Positions 53,738-62,760 of a stretch of 64,000 nt of DNA are shown one piece after another; the stretch's first letter is position 1, and each line of letters begins with the position of its first letter. A program made the translations under genes and the position numbers. The notes under the pieces are model-generated. The model had not been told where the DNA came from, did not search any database, and saw only the letters and a list, made by a program, of their open reading frames with translations. This stretch comes from Planctomycetota bacterium (GTDB taxonomy: Bacteria; Planctomycetota; UBA1135; GCA-002686595). The stretch lies in assembly GCA_038330085.1 (NCBI GenBank), contig JBBQNP010000002.1, positions 20,537 to 84,536 of the forward strand, read 5' to 3'.

Positions 53738-55453
53738 TCACTCCTCGAAGCGCAAGGGCAAGTACTCGGGAAACCACATCGCTTCGCGCACGCGCTCCTC
53801 GAGTCCCCCGCCCGGACCCTCGAGCAGATCGGCGCGCGACTGGCCCTCACTCACGGCACGCCGGATCACCGCGCACGCGATCGCATGGGACACGTCGCGG
53901 ATGCGCGAGAGCGGAGGAAACACCGAGCCCGCCGCGAGATCCTCCTCCGTCACCGCCGCGGCCACCGTGCGCGCCGCATCGAGGAACATCGCGTCGCTGA
54001 TCCTCCGCACGCGACCGACCCACGCGCCCAAGCCGACGCCGGGGAAGATGAACGTGTTGTTGCACTGACCGATCCGGTGCACACGTCCGCCGTGCTCGAC
54101 CGGCGCGAAGGGGCTCCCGGTCGCGACGATCGCGCGGCCTTCGCTCCAGCGCAACGCCTCCGCCGGCGTGCACTCGCACTTCGACGTCGGGTTCGAGAGC
54201 GGCAGGATCAACGGTCGCGCAACGTGTCGCGCCATCGCGCGCACGACGCCTTCGTCGAAGAGTCCGCGCGTCGTCGACGTCCCCACCAGGATCGTGGGCC
54301 GCAGGTTGTCGACGATCTCTTCGAGCGTCATGTGCGCCCGGTCGCGCACCTTCCATCCGGCGCTCTCGTCCGGCGCGCGCGCGAAGTCGACCTTGAACCC
54401 CTCGAGCCCCGCGCGGCCGCGCACGACGAGCCCGCCGCGGTCGATCATCGACACGGCAGCGTGCGCTTCGGCCGGCGTCGCGCCCTCGTCGACGAGGCCG
54501 GCGACGAAGAGTTGCGCGATGCCCTGCGACGATGCCCCCGCGCCGGCGAGCAAGAGTCGCTGATCGCGCAGGCTTCCGCCGGTGATGCGCAAGCTCCCCA
54601 ACATTCCGGCCAGCGCGACGGCCGCCGTGCCCTGGATGTCGTCGTTGAAGGACGGAAGTCGGTCGCGGAAACGCTCGAGCTGCGTGATCGCGTTCTCCTT
54701 GAGGAAGTCCTCCCACTGCAGCAGTGCGCCCGGACAAACCGTGCACACCGCCTCGACGAACTCGTCGACGAACGCCTGGTACTCGGCGCCGCGCACGAGA
54801 CGCCGGCGCAATCCGAGGTAGAGCGGATCGGCGAGACGTTCCTCGTTCTCGGTGCCCGCGTCGAGCATCACAGGCAGTGTCGTCGTGGGCGGAATCCCGG
54901 CGCACAGCGTGTACAGGCACAGCTTGCCGATCGGAATTCCCATTCCGCCGGCGCCTTGGTCGCCCAGCCCCAGGATGCGCTCGCCGTCGGTGACGACGAT
55001 CACGGAGGGATCGTTCACCCCGCTGTTCCGCAGCACGTCGGCGATGTGACCGCGCTGATCGAAGCCGATGTAGAGTCCGCGCGGGCGGCGATAGAGGTGC
55101 GAGAAGCGCTCGCACGCTTCGCCGACCGTCGGCGTGTACACGATCGGCATCATCTCGTCGATGTGCGCGAGCAGCAGACGGAAGAAGAGGACTTCGTTGC
55201 GGTCTTGCAGCGCGATCAGGTTGACGTGCTTGGCGATCGGCGTCGGGGCGGCGAGGAAGTTCTCGTACGTGCGCTCGAGCTGCTGGTCGAGCGTCGAGAT
55301 GGCGGGCGGGAGCACGCCGTGGAGACCGAGCTTGTCGCGCGTGAACGCCGTGCCCTTGTTGGTCCGTGGTTCGTGGATCAGCGCGTGACCCTTCGAGCGC
55401 ACGGCGATGTAGCGAGTGTCGTCGGTGGGGTCGATGCGCAGGGTCCAGTCCAT
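53738..55453 (-). CDS. maeA: NAD-dependent malic enzyme
   Basis: ORF 53738..55453(-), 571 aa. It is collinear with E. coli MaeA as I remember it (MPIVYTPTVGEACERFSHLYRRPRGLYI; VVTDGERILGLGDQGAGGMGIPIGKL; FNDDIQGTAAV; LPLSNPTS; QCNNTFIFPGVGLG). Confidence 0.9.
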   Translation of the reverse strand: MDWTLRIDPTDDTRYIAVRSKGHALIHEPRTNKGTAFTRDKLGLHGVLPPAISTLDQQLERTYENFLAAPTPIAKHVNLIALQDRNEVLFFRLLLAHIDEMMPIVYTPTVGEACERFSHLYRRPRGLYIGFDQRGHIADVLRNSGVNDPSVIVVTDGERILGLGDQGAGGMGIPIGKLCLYTLCAGIPPTTTLPVMLDAGTENEERLADPLYLGLRRRLVRGAEYQAFVDEFVEAVCTVCPGALLQWEDFLKENAITQLERFRDRLPSFNDDIQGTAAVALAGMLGSLRITGGSLRDQRLLLAGAGASSQGIAQLFVAGLVDEGATPAEAHAAVSMIDRGGLVVRGRAGLEGFKVDFARAPDESAGWKVRDRAHMTLEEIVDNLRPTILVGTSTTRGLFDEGVVRAMARHVARPLILPLSNPTSKCECTPAEALRWSEGRAIVATGSPFAPVEHGGRVHRIGQCNNTFIFPGVGLGAWVGRVRRISDAMFLDAARTVAAAVTEEDLAAGSVFPPLSRIRDVSHAIACAVIRRAVSEGQSRADLLEGPGGGLEERVREAMWFPEYLPLRFEE

Positions 55454-55638
55454 AGGGGGGCGCGCGGGTGGGCTCGGGGTGGGCGGCTCGACGCGCGCGA
55501 TCGCGGCAGTGTCGCTGATCGGATCGAAGCGATCGAGGATCGGCGGCTGAGGAGGACGTCCGGAAAAAGGACCGCCGGTGCATGGAGCGGGCTTTCCACG
55601 TTTCCTGGTGGTGGTCGTCGGGTGGGCAAGTCTATTCG

Positions 55639-55708
55639 CCGCACGTTCTGCGGCTAATAGGCTTGCGCTTGCGGCGAATCCGGTCGATGATCACCGCAAG
55701 TCATGCGG
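55639..55708 (+). promoter_or_regulatory. Conserved leader of Fic paralog 2 (same two-hairpin architecture as 41811-41880)
   Basis: CCGCAcgttcTGCGG lies at 55639-53. CCGCAagtcaTGCGG lies at 55694-708 and contains ATG 55703. CTTGCGGCGAAT lies at 55668-79. The loops differ while the arms and the 55-nt spacing are conserved. Confidence 0.45.
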
Positions 55709-56821
55709 CAAAAAGGTACCTACATCCATGAGCGGGCCGCGTGGCCCGAATTCATCTGGAGGTCCGAGCTGCTCGCCGGACAGCTCGCGTCCGTGCGCCA
55801 TGAGCAGGGCCGGCTTCTGGGCAAGATGGAAACGCTGGGCTTCGACTTGCGGTCCGAAGCCAGCCTCGTCGCGCTCACCCGCGAGGTCGTGACCTCGTCC
55901 GCCATCGAAGGCGAAGAGCTGAACGCCGACGAAGTCCGCTCGTCGATCGCGCGCAGGTTGGGGCTCGACACGGCCGGTCTGCCGAAAGCAGGTCGCGACG
56001 TCGAAGGCGTCGTCGAGATGATGCTCGATGCGACGCAGGGTTTCGAAGCACCGCTCACCAAGCGGCGGCTCCTCGACTGGCACATGTCGTTGTTCCCGAC
56101 AGGGCAAAGCGGGTTGGCCCGCATCCGGGTCGGCGCCTGGCGAACGAAGAGCTCGGGACCGATGCAGGTGGTGTCCGGTCCATTGGGGCGCGAGAGGGTG
56201 CACTTCGAAGCGCCGAAGGCCGAACGCCTTGAAGCCGAGATGAAGCGGTTCATCGCCTGGTTCAACGCCAAGTCGTCGATCGACCCCGTGCTCAAAGCTG
56301 GGATCGCGCACTTGTGGTTCGTGACGATCCATCCGTTCGAGGATGGCAACGGCCGGATCGCGCGTGCGATCGCCGACATGACGCTCGCACGCGCGGACGG
56401 CATCAAGGATCGCTTCTACAGCATGTCGTCGCAGATCGAGAAGGAGCGGAAGGACTATTACCGAGAGCTCGAGACTGCGCAGCGCGGAGACGTCGACATC
56501 ACCGGCTGGCTGACGTGGTTCCCGGGATGTCTCGGCCGCGCGATCCAGGCGACGGACGAGATGCTCGCCGCGGTCAACTACAAGGGCCGCATCTGGCAAC
56601 ACATCAGCCGCATTCCGATCAACGAGCGCCAGCGTGCTGTGATCGAGCGCATGCTGAATGGGTTCCAAGGGTTCTTGTCCACCTCGAAGTACGCCAAGCT
56701 CGCCAAGTGCTCGACGGATACTGCGCTGCGGGACATTCGCGAGTTGGTGGAGCACGGCATCCTGATCCGGAACGGAGCAGGTGGCCGGAGCACGAGCTAT
56801 CGCTTGGCGGAGTTGGAGTAG
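55703..56821 (+). CDS. Fic family protein (DUF4172/Fic_N + Fido + wHTH), paralog 2
   Basis: ORF 55703..56821(+). It has HPFEDGNGRIARAI. By eye, roughly four of five residues are identical to the 41875 copy. Confidence 0.9.
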   Translation: MRQKGTYIHERAAWPEFIWRSELLAGQLASVRHEQGRLLGKMETLGFDLRSEASLVALTREVVTSSAIEGEELNADEVRSSIARRLGLDTAGLPKAGRDVEGVVEMMLDATQGFEAPLTKRRLLDWHMSLFPTGQSGLARIRVGAWRTKSSGPMQVVSGPLGRERVHFEAPKAERLEAEMKRFIAWFNAKSSIDPVLKAGIAHLWFVTIHPFEDGNGRIARAIADMTLARADGIKDRFYSMSSQIEKERKDYYRELETAQRGDVDITGWLTWFPGCLGRAIQATDEMLAAVNYKGRIWQHISRIPINERQRAVIERMLNGFQGFLSTSKYAKLAKCSTDTALRDIRELVEHGILIRNGAGGRSTSYRLAELE

Positions 56822-57053
56822 CGACGCGTGAAGTCCGTGGCTTCGAGCGCCGGTACGGCGAACGGCGAATCAGCCCGGTACACGTGGGGCACGCCCGATC
56901 GCGACAGGAACGGCTGCATCTACGTGGATCCTTCAAGAGCGTCGAAGGATCGTGGATGCTCGCCTTCGAGCGCTGTGCCCCAGCCTGTGTTGTGAACCCA
57001 AGAGCTGTGCGGTCGGGCCGGGGTCGTGTTCAGCGCGCGATATCCTGCGCACC

Positions 57054-59345
57054 ATGGCCCGCCCCGATCCCGTCGCGAGTGCCCTGATCCAGACCGCGTT
57101 CGAGTTGCACCGCCGCAAGCTGTGGCTCGAGGTCCCGAGCGATTCGCCGTTCATGGTGCGCGTCCCGGGCGAAGAGCATCCACTCGTCGCGACGATCATG
57201 GGCCACGCGGGCGACGACTACGGGCTCTTGTTCACGAGCGGCGAGCGCGCGCTGCAGGACATGATGAAGATGGCATCGGGCGGCATCAACAATCCCGAAG
57301 CGGCGCATGCGCTGGCGTTGTCGAGCTGCTCGATGATTCCGCTGTCTAAAATCGTCGCGAACATGCGCAGCGTGCTGACCGCGGCCGGATTCCAGGGTCG
57401 ACGCGAAAGCATCGCTCCGTTCTTCGTCTTCAAAGAGTCGCACGGAGATCCGCGCGCGCCGCGCAAGTCCGAGCAGAGGTTGATGACCGCTTGCATGCGC
57501 GCGGTGATCGCTGCGCACGAAGCGGGTGAGCTGCGTGTGGATGCGCCCGATCCGAAGCGCAAACGGATCCTCGAGATCACCGTCGAGGGCGAAGGCGACG
57601 CGCGGCGCACGACCACGCGCACGGCGAAGTGGCCCAAGCTGTCGGCGGAAGAGGAAGCCATGTGGCCCGCCCTGGATCGCTACGCTGAAATCGGTCCCAC
57701 GCCCAAGGACGCCGAGTGGCTCGTCGGCCTGGTGACGGCGCCAAGCGTGCATGCCCCGAACGGTTCCGCGTTGGCGCTGAGCTTCGTAGCGCAGCGCGAA
57801 CCGCGTGAGATGTTGTCGGCGGAGCCGGTCAAAGCCGGCGATTTCAGCACGGTTGCCGAGCAGTTGGAGATCGCGCTCGACTACGGTCACCCGAAGTTGA
57901 TCGTGTTCACGAACCCAAAGATGCACGCCGCGCTGGCACCGAACCTGATCGCGCAGGGCATCCACATCGATCTCGATCCCGAGCATCCCGACATGGTGGG
58001 GCTGCTCGAGTTGATGGGAACCGAGCTCGCCGAGAACGCTTCCCATGCGGCGTGGCTCGCACCCGACGCGGCGATGCCTTCGACGTTGGAGGAGTGGAAG
58101 CAAGCGGATTTCGCGATGACCATGCGTCTCTCCGAAGAATCGCTGGCAGCCGGTGGTCTGTCGAAGCGCGCGATCGAACGCTACTTCGGCTCCATGGATC
58201 TCGCGGACGAGGTCATGGAAGAGCTCGACGATCTGCAGCCACTCCCGTGTGTGCTCGAATGGATGTACGTCGACTACCGCGCGAAATCGAAGTCGGCGAC
58301 GTTCCTCGAGAAGCGCCTTAAGAAGCGCTCGACGACGCCGGTGGAGCGCGCGTTGATCGAAGCGCGGATCGATGCGCGCCTGTCGATTTACCGCGTGGTC
58401 TCGACGCAACCAGGCGAGTGCCTGGAGGTCGAGGACGTGTTCGACGGCGCGCGTTTCACGGTGCACGACGCAGCGTTGTCGGGCTGCGACGTGGACGGCA
58501 CGTTCCTGCCGGCGCGGATCCAGCGCCTGGGCAAGTGGAACTTCTCGCTGCTCGCTGGTCCGCCGATTCCGCCGATTGCGATCCAGTACGCGCTGATGTT
58601 GTTCGAGGAGTTGGGCGTGGAGTTGTCGGCGGCGGGCTTGCAGCGTTCGTCGCACGTGATGGGCGCGCTGTGGGAGCTGGCGCTCCCGCGTTCGCGCCCG
58701 GATATCGAGATCACGAACTCGGACGGCGACGAGTTGGTGTTGACCACCGCGACGTTCCAAGTCGCCGACGCGAGTGCGCTCGTGCGCGCGCTCGGAAAGC
58801 GCAAGGACATGAAGTACGAAGAGAACGAGGGTGCCTGGGTGTGGTGGCGGAAGGGTGGCCCGATGGGTGGTCCGGCAGGTGGCGACGAGCACACGGTGGT
58901 CGGTCGCATGGAGATGATGGACGATCGGTTGGTGTTGGAGGTCGATTCAGCCGAGCGCTTGGAGCACGCGCGGATCTGGTTGGAGGCGTTGCCCGGCGTG
59001 CGTTTCGAGCGCGCGACGCAGCGTGACTGGAAGGACGAGGAATCTCCGCTGGATGACGAGCTTCCGGTGCGCCAAGAGCCGTTGTCACCCGAAGCGCAGC
59101 GGGATGCTGACGAGTGGCTTCGCAAGCAAGCGTTCGAGTGGCTCGACCAACCGGTGCCGGCGTTGCGCAATCGAACCCCGCGTCAAGCGTGCAAGACGAA
59201 AGACGGTCGGCGTGCGGTGGCGATCTTGATTCGCACGATGCCGGACGTCGGCGGCTCGGGAGGTACGTGGGTGCCGCCGCGGGAGGAGTTGTTGAAGGAG
59301 TTGGGTCTCGGCAACAGCCGCACTGGGTCGGCGAGCGCGGAGTGA
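57054..59345 (+). CDS. Large hypothetical protein (763 aa)
   Basis: ORF 56952..59345(+), with the start taken at MARPDPVASALIQ (ATG 57054). No catalytic motif is recognised. The C-terminal WLDQPVPALRNRTPRQACKTKDGRRAVAILIRTM resembles the short helical domain seen in MbcA/ParS/Xre-type (DUF2384-like) antitoxins. That is a weak, pattern-only call. Confidence 0.6.
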   Translation: MARPDPVASALIQTAFELHRRKLWLEVPSDSPFMVRVPGEEHPLVATIMGHAGDDYGLLFTSGERALQDMMKMASGGINNPEAAHALALSSCSMIPLSKIVANMRSVLTAAGFQGRRESIAPFFVFKESHGDPRAPRKSEQRLMTACMRAVIAAHEAGELRVDAPDPKRKRILEITVEGEGDARRTTTRTAKWPKLSAEEEAMWPALDRYAEIGPTPKDAEWLVGLVTAPSVHAPNGSALALSFVAQREPREMLSAEPVKAGDFSTVAEQLEIALDYGHPKLIVFTNPKMHAALAPNLIAQGIHIDLDPEHPDMVGLLELMGTELAENASHAAWLAPDAAMPSTLEEWKQADFAMTMRLSEESLAAGGLSKRAIERYFGSMDLADEVMEELDDLQPLPCVLEWMYVDYRAKSKSATFLEKRLKKRSTTPVERALIEARIDARLSIYRVVSTQPGECLEVEDVFDGARFTVHDAALSGCDVDGTFLPARIQRLGKWNFSLLAGPPIPPIAIQYALMLFEELGVELSAAGLQRSSHVMGALWELALPRSRPDIEITNSDGDELVLTTATFQVADASALVRALGKRKDMKYEENEGAWVWWRKGGPMGGPAGGDEHTVVGRMEMMDDRLVLEVDSAERLEHARIWLEALPGVRFERATQRDWKDEESPLDDELPVRQEPLSPEAQRDADEWLRKQAFEWLDQPVPALRNRTPRQACKTKDGRRAVAILIRTMPDVGGSGGTWVPPREELLKELGLGNSRTGSASAE

Positions 59346-59469
59346 AACTGGGTTCAATCAGCTCGAGGCGAATGTGCCGGCGGGAGGGGGGGTGAGTTCA
59401 GGATGACCCCGCCGCTCCCCCCATTCCTGCTTGGGGAGGGACCAGATCCGATCCAATGCGGTGGTGAAC

Positions 59470-59499
59470 TTGACGAAATGTGCCGATACAGGGCATATT
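59470..59499 (+). promoter_or_regulatory. Sigma-70-like promoter candidate overlapped by a 23-bp inverted repeat (candidate AbiEi operator)
   Basis: TTGACG lies at 59470-75, followed by an 18-nt spacer and CATATT at 59494-99. The inverted repeat AATGTGCC-N7-GGCATATT spans 59477-59499, with 7/8 arm complementarity. ATG 59515 follows with no obvious SD. Confidence 0.4.
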
Positions 59500-59514
59500 G
59501 TCCCCCATACCAGC

Positions 59515-60324
59515 ATGAAACGTCAAGTCACTACCGAGGCCTTCTTCGCCAGACATCCGGTCTTTTCCCTGGAGGAAGCGGCGCTGGAATTGGCTCCGCC
59601 CGGGGGAAAATCCGGCACCGTCGAGCGGCTGAAGCACCACCTTGCGAGCGGACGATTGGTGCTGCTCGCGCGCGAGCTGTACGCGGTCGTTCCGCCGGGG
59701 ATGGATCCGCGGAAAGCGCGCCCCGATCCGTTCCTTGCAGCGGTGGCGGCACGCTCGGACGCGATCTTCTCGCACCACAGTGCGTTGGAACTATTGGGGG
59801 CAGCGCACTCGGTGTGGCGCGAGTGCACCGCGTACAGTCGACGCAGGCGGCGTCCGCTCGTGCTCACGAACGCGAACGTCCATTTTCTGGAGGCACCCGT
59901 GGCGATGGCATTGTCGGACGGACGATCGCTCGGAACGCGCAAGGTCGAGAGATCGGGACGGATCCTCGAGACCACCGGTCCCGAGCGCACGCTCGTGGAA
60001 GGCTTCCGCAAACCGCGCCTCGTCGGCGGGCTTGAGGAGTTGCTCGTCTCCGCGAGCGGGTTCGCGACGCTGGACCTCGACCTCCTCGAACAGGTGCTCG
60101 AGCGGTATGGCGTTGCCAACCTGTGGTCTTCAACGGGTTGGTTCCTCGAGCGGATGCGTGCGACGTTCCACGCGTCGGACGCGCTGCTCGAACGGTTCGA
60201 ACTTCACGTCCCGTCTTCGCCGCAGTACTTGGAGCGCGGCCGCCGCGGAGGTCGGTTGGCGCGACGCTGGAATCTGATCGTGCCGACCGAAGTCGATCGG
60301 CTGGGTGAGCCCGATGAGCGTTAG
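59515..60324 (+). CDS. AbiEi-family type IV toxin-antitoxin antitoxin / transcriptional regulator
   Basis: ORF 59431..60324(+), with the start taken at MKRQVTTEAFFARHPVFSLEEAA (ATG 59515). It has an N-terminal wHTH (LKHHLASGRLVLLARELYAVVP) and overlaps the AbiEii gene by 11 nt. Confidence 0.75.
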   Translation: MKRQVTTEAFFARHPVFSLEEAALELAPPGGKSGTVERLKHHLASGRLVLLARELYAVVPPGMDPRKARPDPFLAAVAARSDAIFSHHSALELLGAAHSVWRECTAYSRRRRRPLVLTNANVHFLEAPVAMALSDGRSLGTRKVERSGRILETTGPERTLVEGFRKPRLVGGLEELLVSASGFATLDLDLLEQVLERYGVANLWSSTGWFLERMRATFHASDALLERFELHVPSSPQYLERGRRGGRLARRWNLIVPTEVDRLGEPDER

Positions 60325-61297
60325 TCGGGAATTCCTCGAGCGCGGTGCAGCGGACACGGGCTTTCCCGCAGCCGGCCTCGAGAAGGTGGTGCGCCTGGGC
60401 GAACTTGCCGGAAACGTGGGCCGGCATCCTGTGTTGGGCGAGAAGCTCGTGTTGAAGGGCGGGACTGCGCTCAACCTGGGGTTCGGTCCTCCCGGACGCC
60501 TGTCGGTCGACTTGGATTTCAATTACGTCGGCGCCGTCGAGCGCGAGCTGATGTTGGTCGAGCGGCCGCAGATCGAGCGGGCAGTGACGGAGCTTGCTCG
60601 CCGGAGCGGGTATCGGGTGCAGCAGTCCGCGAACGCATTCGGCGGGCGCAAGCTCTTCCTCCACTACCGCTCCGTCCTCGGGCCCGAGGAGCGGATCGAG
60701 GTGGATCTCAACTTCCTGCTCCGCTTGCCGTTGGCCGAGCCTGAGATGCGTGAGCTGTGGCAACCGGGCGATCTGGATCGGCCGCGTTTGCGGTTCGTCG
60801 CGGTCGAGGAGCTCCTGATCGGCAAGCTCTGCGCGCTCCTCGATCGCTGCGCTGCACGAGATGCATGGGACGTGGCCAACCTCGCAGCGGAAGTGGCCGC
60901 GGTCGTGGAGGGACCTGAGTTCCGCGGCCGGTTCCTGATCCTGGCGGCAACGCTCGATCATGCGCCGGATTCGTATCGGGAGTCGAGGCTTGTCGAACGC
61001 GTCACTCAGCAACGGGTGGACGAGCAGCTCATGCCGATGCTGGTGACGGGTGTTGCGCCGCGTGCGACCGATCTCGTCACTCTGGCATGGAAGCGAGTCG
61101 CGCCACTCCTCGTCCTCTCTGATATGGAGCGTGGTTTCATCGAGGGTCTGGACGCAGGCGAGTTGCGCACCGAGCTCCTGTTTCCTGTGAATCCCGACGA
61201 GGCGGAGCGATTGGCACGACATCCGGCCCTCTTGTGGAAGGCGAAACACGCGCTCGAGCAGCACCGCCGTCTCGGAGAGAGCGGAGCCAAGGGCTGA
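60314..61297 (+). CDS. AbiEii/AbiGii-family nucleotidyltransferase toxin
   Basis: ORF 60305..61297(+), with the start at ATG 60314 or GTG 60305. It has the NTase signature LVLKGGTALNLGF...RLSVDLDFNY and a typical ~330 aa length. Confidence 0.8.
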   Translation: MSVSREFLERGAADTGFPAAGLEKVVRLGELAGNVGRHPVLGEKLVLKGGTALNLGFGPPGRLSVDLDFNYVGAVERELMLVERPQIERAVTELARRSGYRVQQSANAFGGRKLFLHYRSVLGPEERIEVDLNFLLRLPLAEPEMRELWQPGDLDRPRLRFVAVEELLIGKLCALLDRCAARDAWDVANLAAEVAAVVEGPEFRGRFLILAATLDHAPDSYRESRLVERVTQQRVDEQLMPMLVTGVAPRATDLVTLAWKRVAPLLVLSDMERGFIEGLDAGELRTELLFPVNPDEAERLARHPALLWKAKHALEQHRRLGESGAKG

Positions 61298-61357
61298 GCG
61301 GTCGAACGGGGGTCTCGAGCTGCGTGCTCTTCGTCTTGCCGCGTCGGACGCGCTGAT

Positions 61358-61696
61358 TCATTCGACGACGTTCGCACGCGGACTACCGCCTGCTTCGCGA
61401 GCGAGGCGCTGCATTTCCTTGCCGGCTGCTTTCTTGGCCGCTTGTGCGCGGGCGCGATCCTCGATCGACGTCACGACTTGCGGCCGTTCGCGGCGGAAGC
61501 GTTTGAAGTAGAGGTCCTCGATGAACTGTGGGAGCGGCGCCTTCCACGGTTCTTGACGGTGGTTGGCAAGGCTGCCGAACTTCTTCGGGTTCAGGCCGAG
61601 TTCGCGTGCCATCTGGATGTGCGCGTGGGAGAGATGGAAGCGCTTACGGGCGTCGATCCAGATCTGGAGGTCGGGCGAGATCTTCTTCTTGGCCAT
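61358..61696 (-). CDS. Small basic hypothetical protein (112 aa)
   Basis: ORF 61358..61777(-), with the start taken at MAKKKISPDLQIWIDARKRFHLSHAHIQMARELGLNPKKF (ATG 61696), 4 nt after the stop of the upstream gene. A degenerate copy of its 5' end occurs at 62757. Confidence 0.55.
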   Translation of the reverse strand: MAKKKISPDLQIWIDARKRFHLSHAHIQMARELGLNPKKFGSLANHRQEPWKAPLPQFIEDLYFKRFRRERPQVVTSIEDRARAQAAKKAAGKEMQRLAREAGGSPRANVVE

Positions 61697-61700
61697 GATG

Positions 61701-62291
61701 TCATCCTGAGGGGTCGGTGCCGGTCGTCGCAGGACTGGATCGGCTCGCGACGTCGGGGCCGGACTCGTTGTGTCCATCCACTTCGAGAAGCGCTCGGGCC
61801 AAGTCGAGCTCGTCGCTCAGGGCGTACTTGGCGCAATCGTCCTCGAAGACGATCAGCTCGACGCCGTCCTCGACCAGGCGTCGATCGACTTCGAGGACCA
61901 GGCGACAGAGCGAGCGCAGGCAAACGAACATCGCTTCGTCGCGTTGCCCACGGAGCGATGTGAAGATGATCTCGAAGAGGTGCGACGTCGCCGCCAACCA
62001 CGCCGCGGTCTGCCAAGGTTGGCGCTGACCGTGCGCGTTCCGCAGCACGTACTTGCCGCTGAATTCGCCCGCGTAGGTAGCGGCTGCATGCGCCTGAACA
62101 CGCTCGGCGATGGAAGGCGGAAGTTGGCCGGCCGGCAGGCGGTGGTTCAGGTGTTCGACGCCGGCGAGGAGCGTCTCGAGCTCCGCGTCGGGCAGGTGTT
62201 CGAGCATGCGCTCGAGGACGAGGCGTAGTTGGAGGTCCGAGAAACGCCGAAAGCGGGCACGCAGGTGTTCGCGATCCAACACGAGGGTCAT
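61701..62291 (-). CDS. Hypothetical protein (196 aa)
   Basis: ORF 61701..62525(-), with the start taken at MTLVLDREHLRARFRRFSDLQLRLVLERML (ATG 62291). The composition is helical and protein-like, with no recognised family. Confidence 0.5.
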   Translation of the reverse strand: MTLVLDREHLRARFRRFSDLQLRLVLERMLEHLPDAELETLLAGVEHLNHRLPAGQLPPSIAERVQAHAAATYAGEFSGKYVLRNAHGQRQPWQTAAWLAATSHLFEIIFTSLRGQRDEAMFVCLRSLCRLVLEVDRRLVEDGVELIVFEDDCAKYALSDELDLARALLEVDGHNESGPDVASRSSPATTGTDPSG

Positions 62292-62574
62292 GAACGGCGA
62301 TGGTGGCGTGGACTTGGTCTGGTGGCAACGTTTGGATGCGCGCGACTCGCCCGCACGCGCATGAATCACTAGGTATCTAGTCATGCGTGCGCGCAGTAGC
62401 CAGTCGACCCGGCGTGAGGACTTCTTGGGCGGGTCCGTGGCGGCCTGCATCCAACCTCCAATGAAGTCGCGGGAAACGACGCGCTCGATCAGCTCAGAAC
62501 TTCGTCGCACCGTAGCGCGCACCACTCCTGCAAGAACTCGAGTTGTTCCGCGTCGGGAAGCCTGATTCGCGGGT

Positions 62575-62757
62575 CTACTCGATGCAGCTCGGGCAGAAGC
62601 TCACGCACGATGCGCGCTTCTTCCACGAGACGAACCCGGGCAGGGGACTGCGCCTGTTTGGCTGCTGCGGATCGGGGCTGGCTAAGGCCTCATGTGAAGG
62701 CGCTGGTGCCCATTGATCCAAAGCTGGATGTCGGGGGTGATCTTCTTGGCGGCCATG
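62575..62757 (-). pseudogene. Degenerate paralog of the 61696 small gene
   Basis: My own translation from ATG 62757 gives MAAKKITPDIQLWINGHQR..., compared with MAKKKISPDLQIWIDARKR in the intact copy. Similarity then breaks up across frames: PLPGFVSW versus PLPQFIED in frame 0, and a protein-like tail EEARIVRELLPELHRVDPRIRLPDAEQLEFLQEW in another frame. It is not listed in the ORF track. Confidence 0.3.
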
Positions 62758-62760
62758 GAT

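Noticed and set aside
53567-55657. The 696-aa plus ORF and the 578-aa minus ORF (53847..55583) over the malic enzyme locus
   Set aside because: Only the 53738..55453 minus frame gives the collinear malic-enzyme sequence. The others are shadow frames.
41875-56821. The two Fic genes as direct-repeat ends of a composite mobile element
   Set aside because: There is no transposase, integrase, tRNA or target-site duplication. The copies have diverged (about 20% of residues, with many synonymous changes). The enclosed genes include core metabolism (malic enzyme). Ancient paralogy is more likely.
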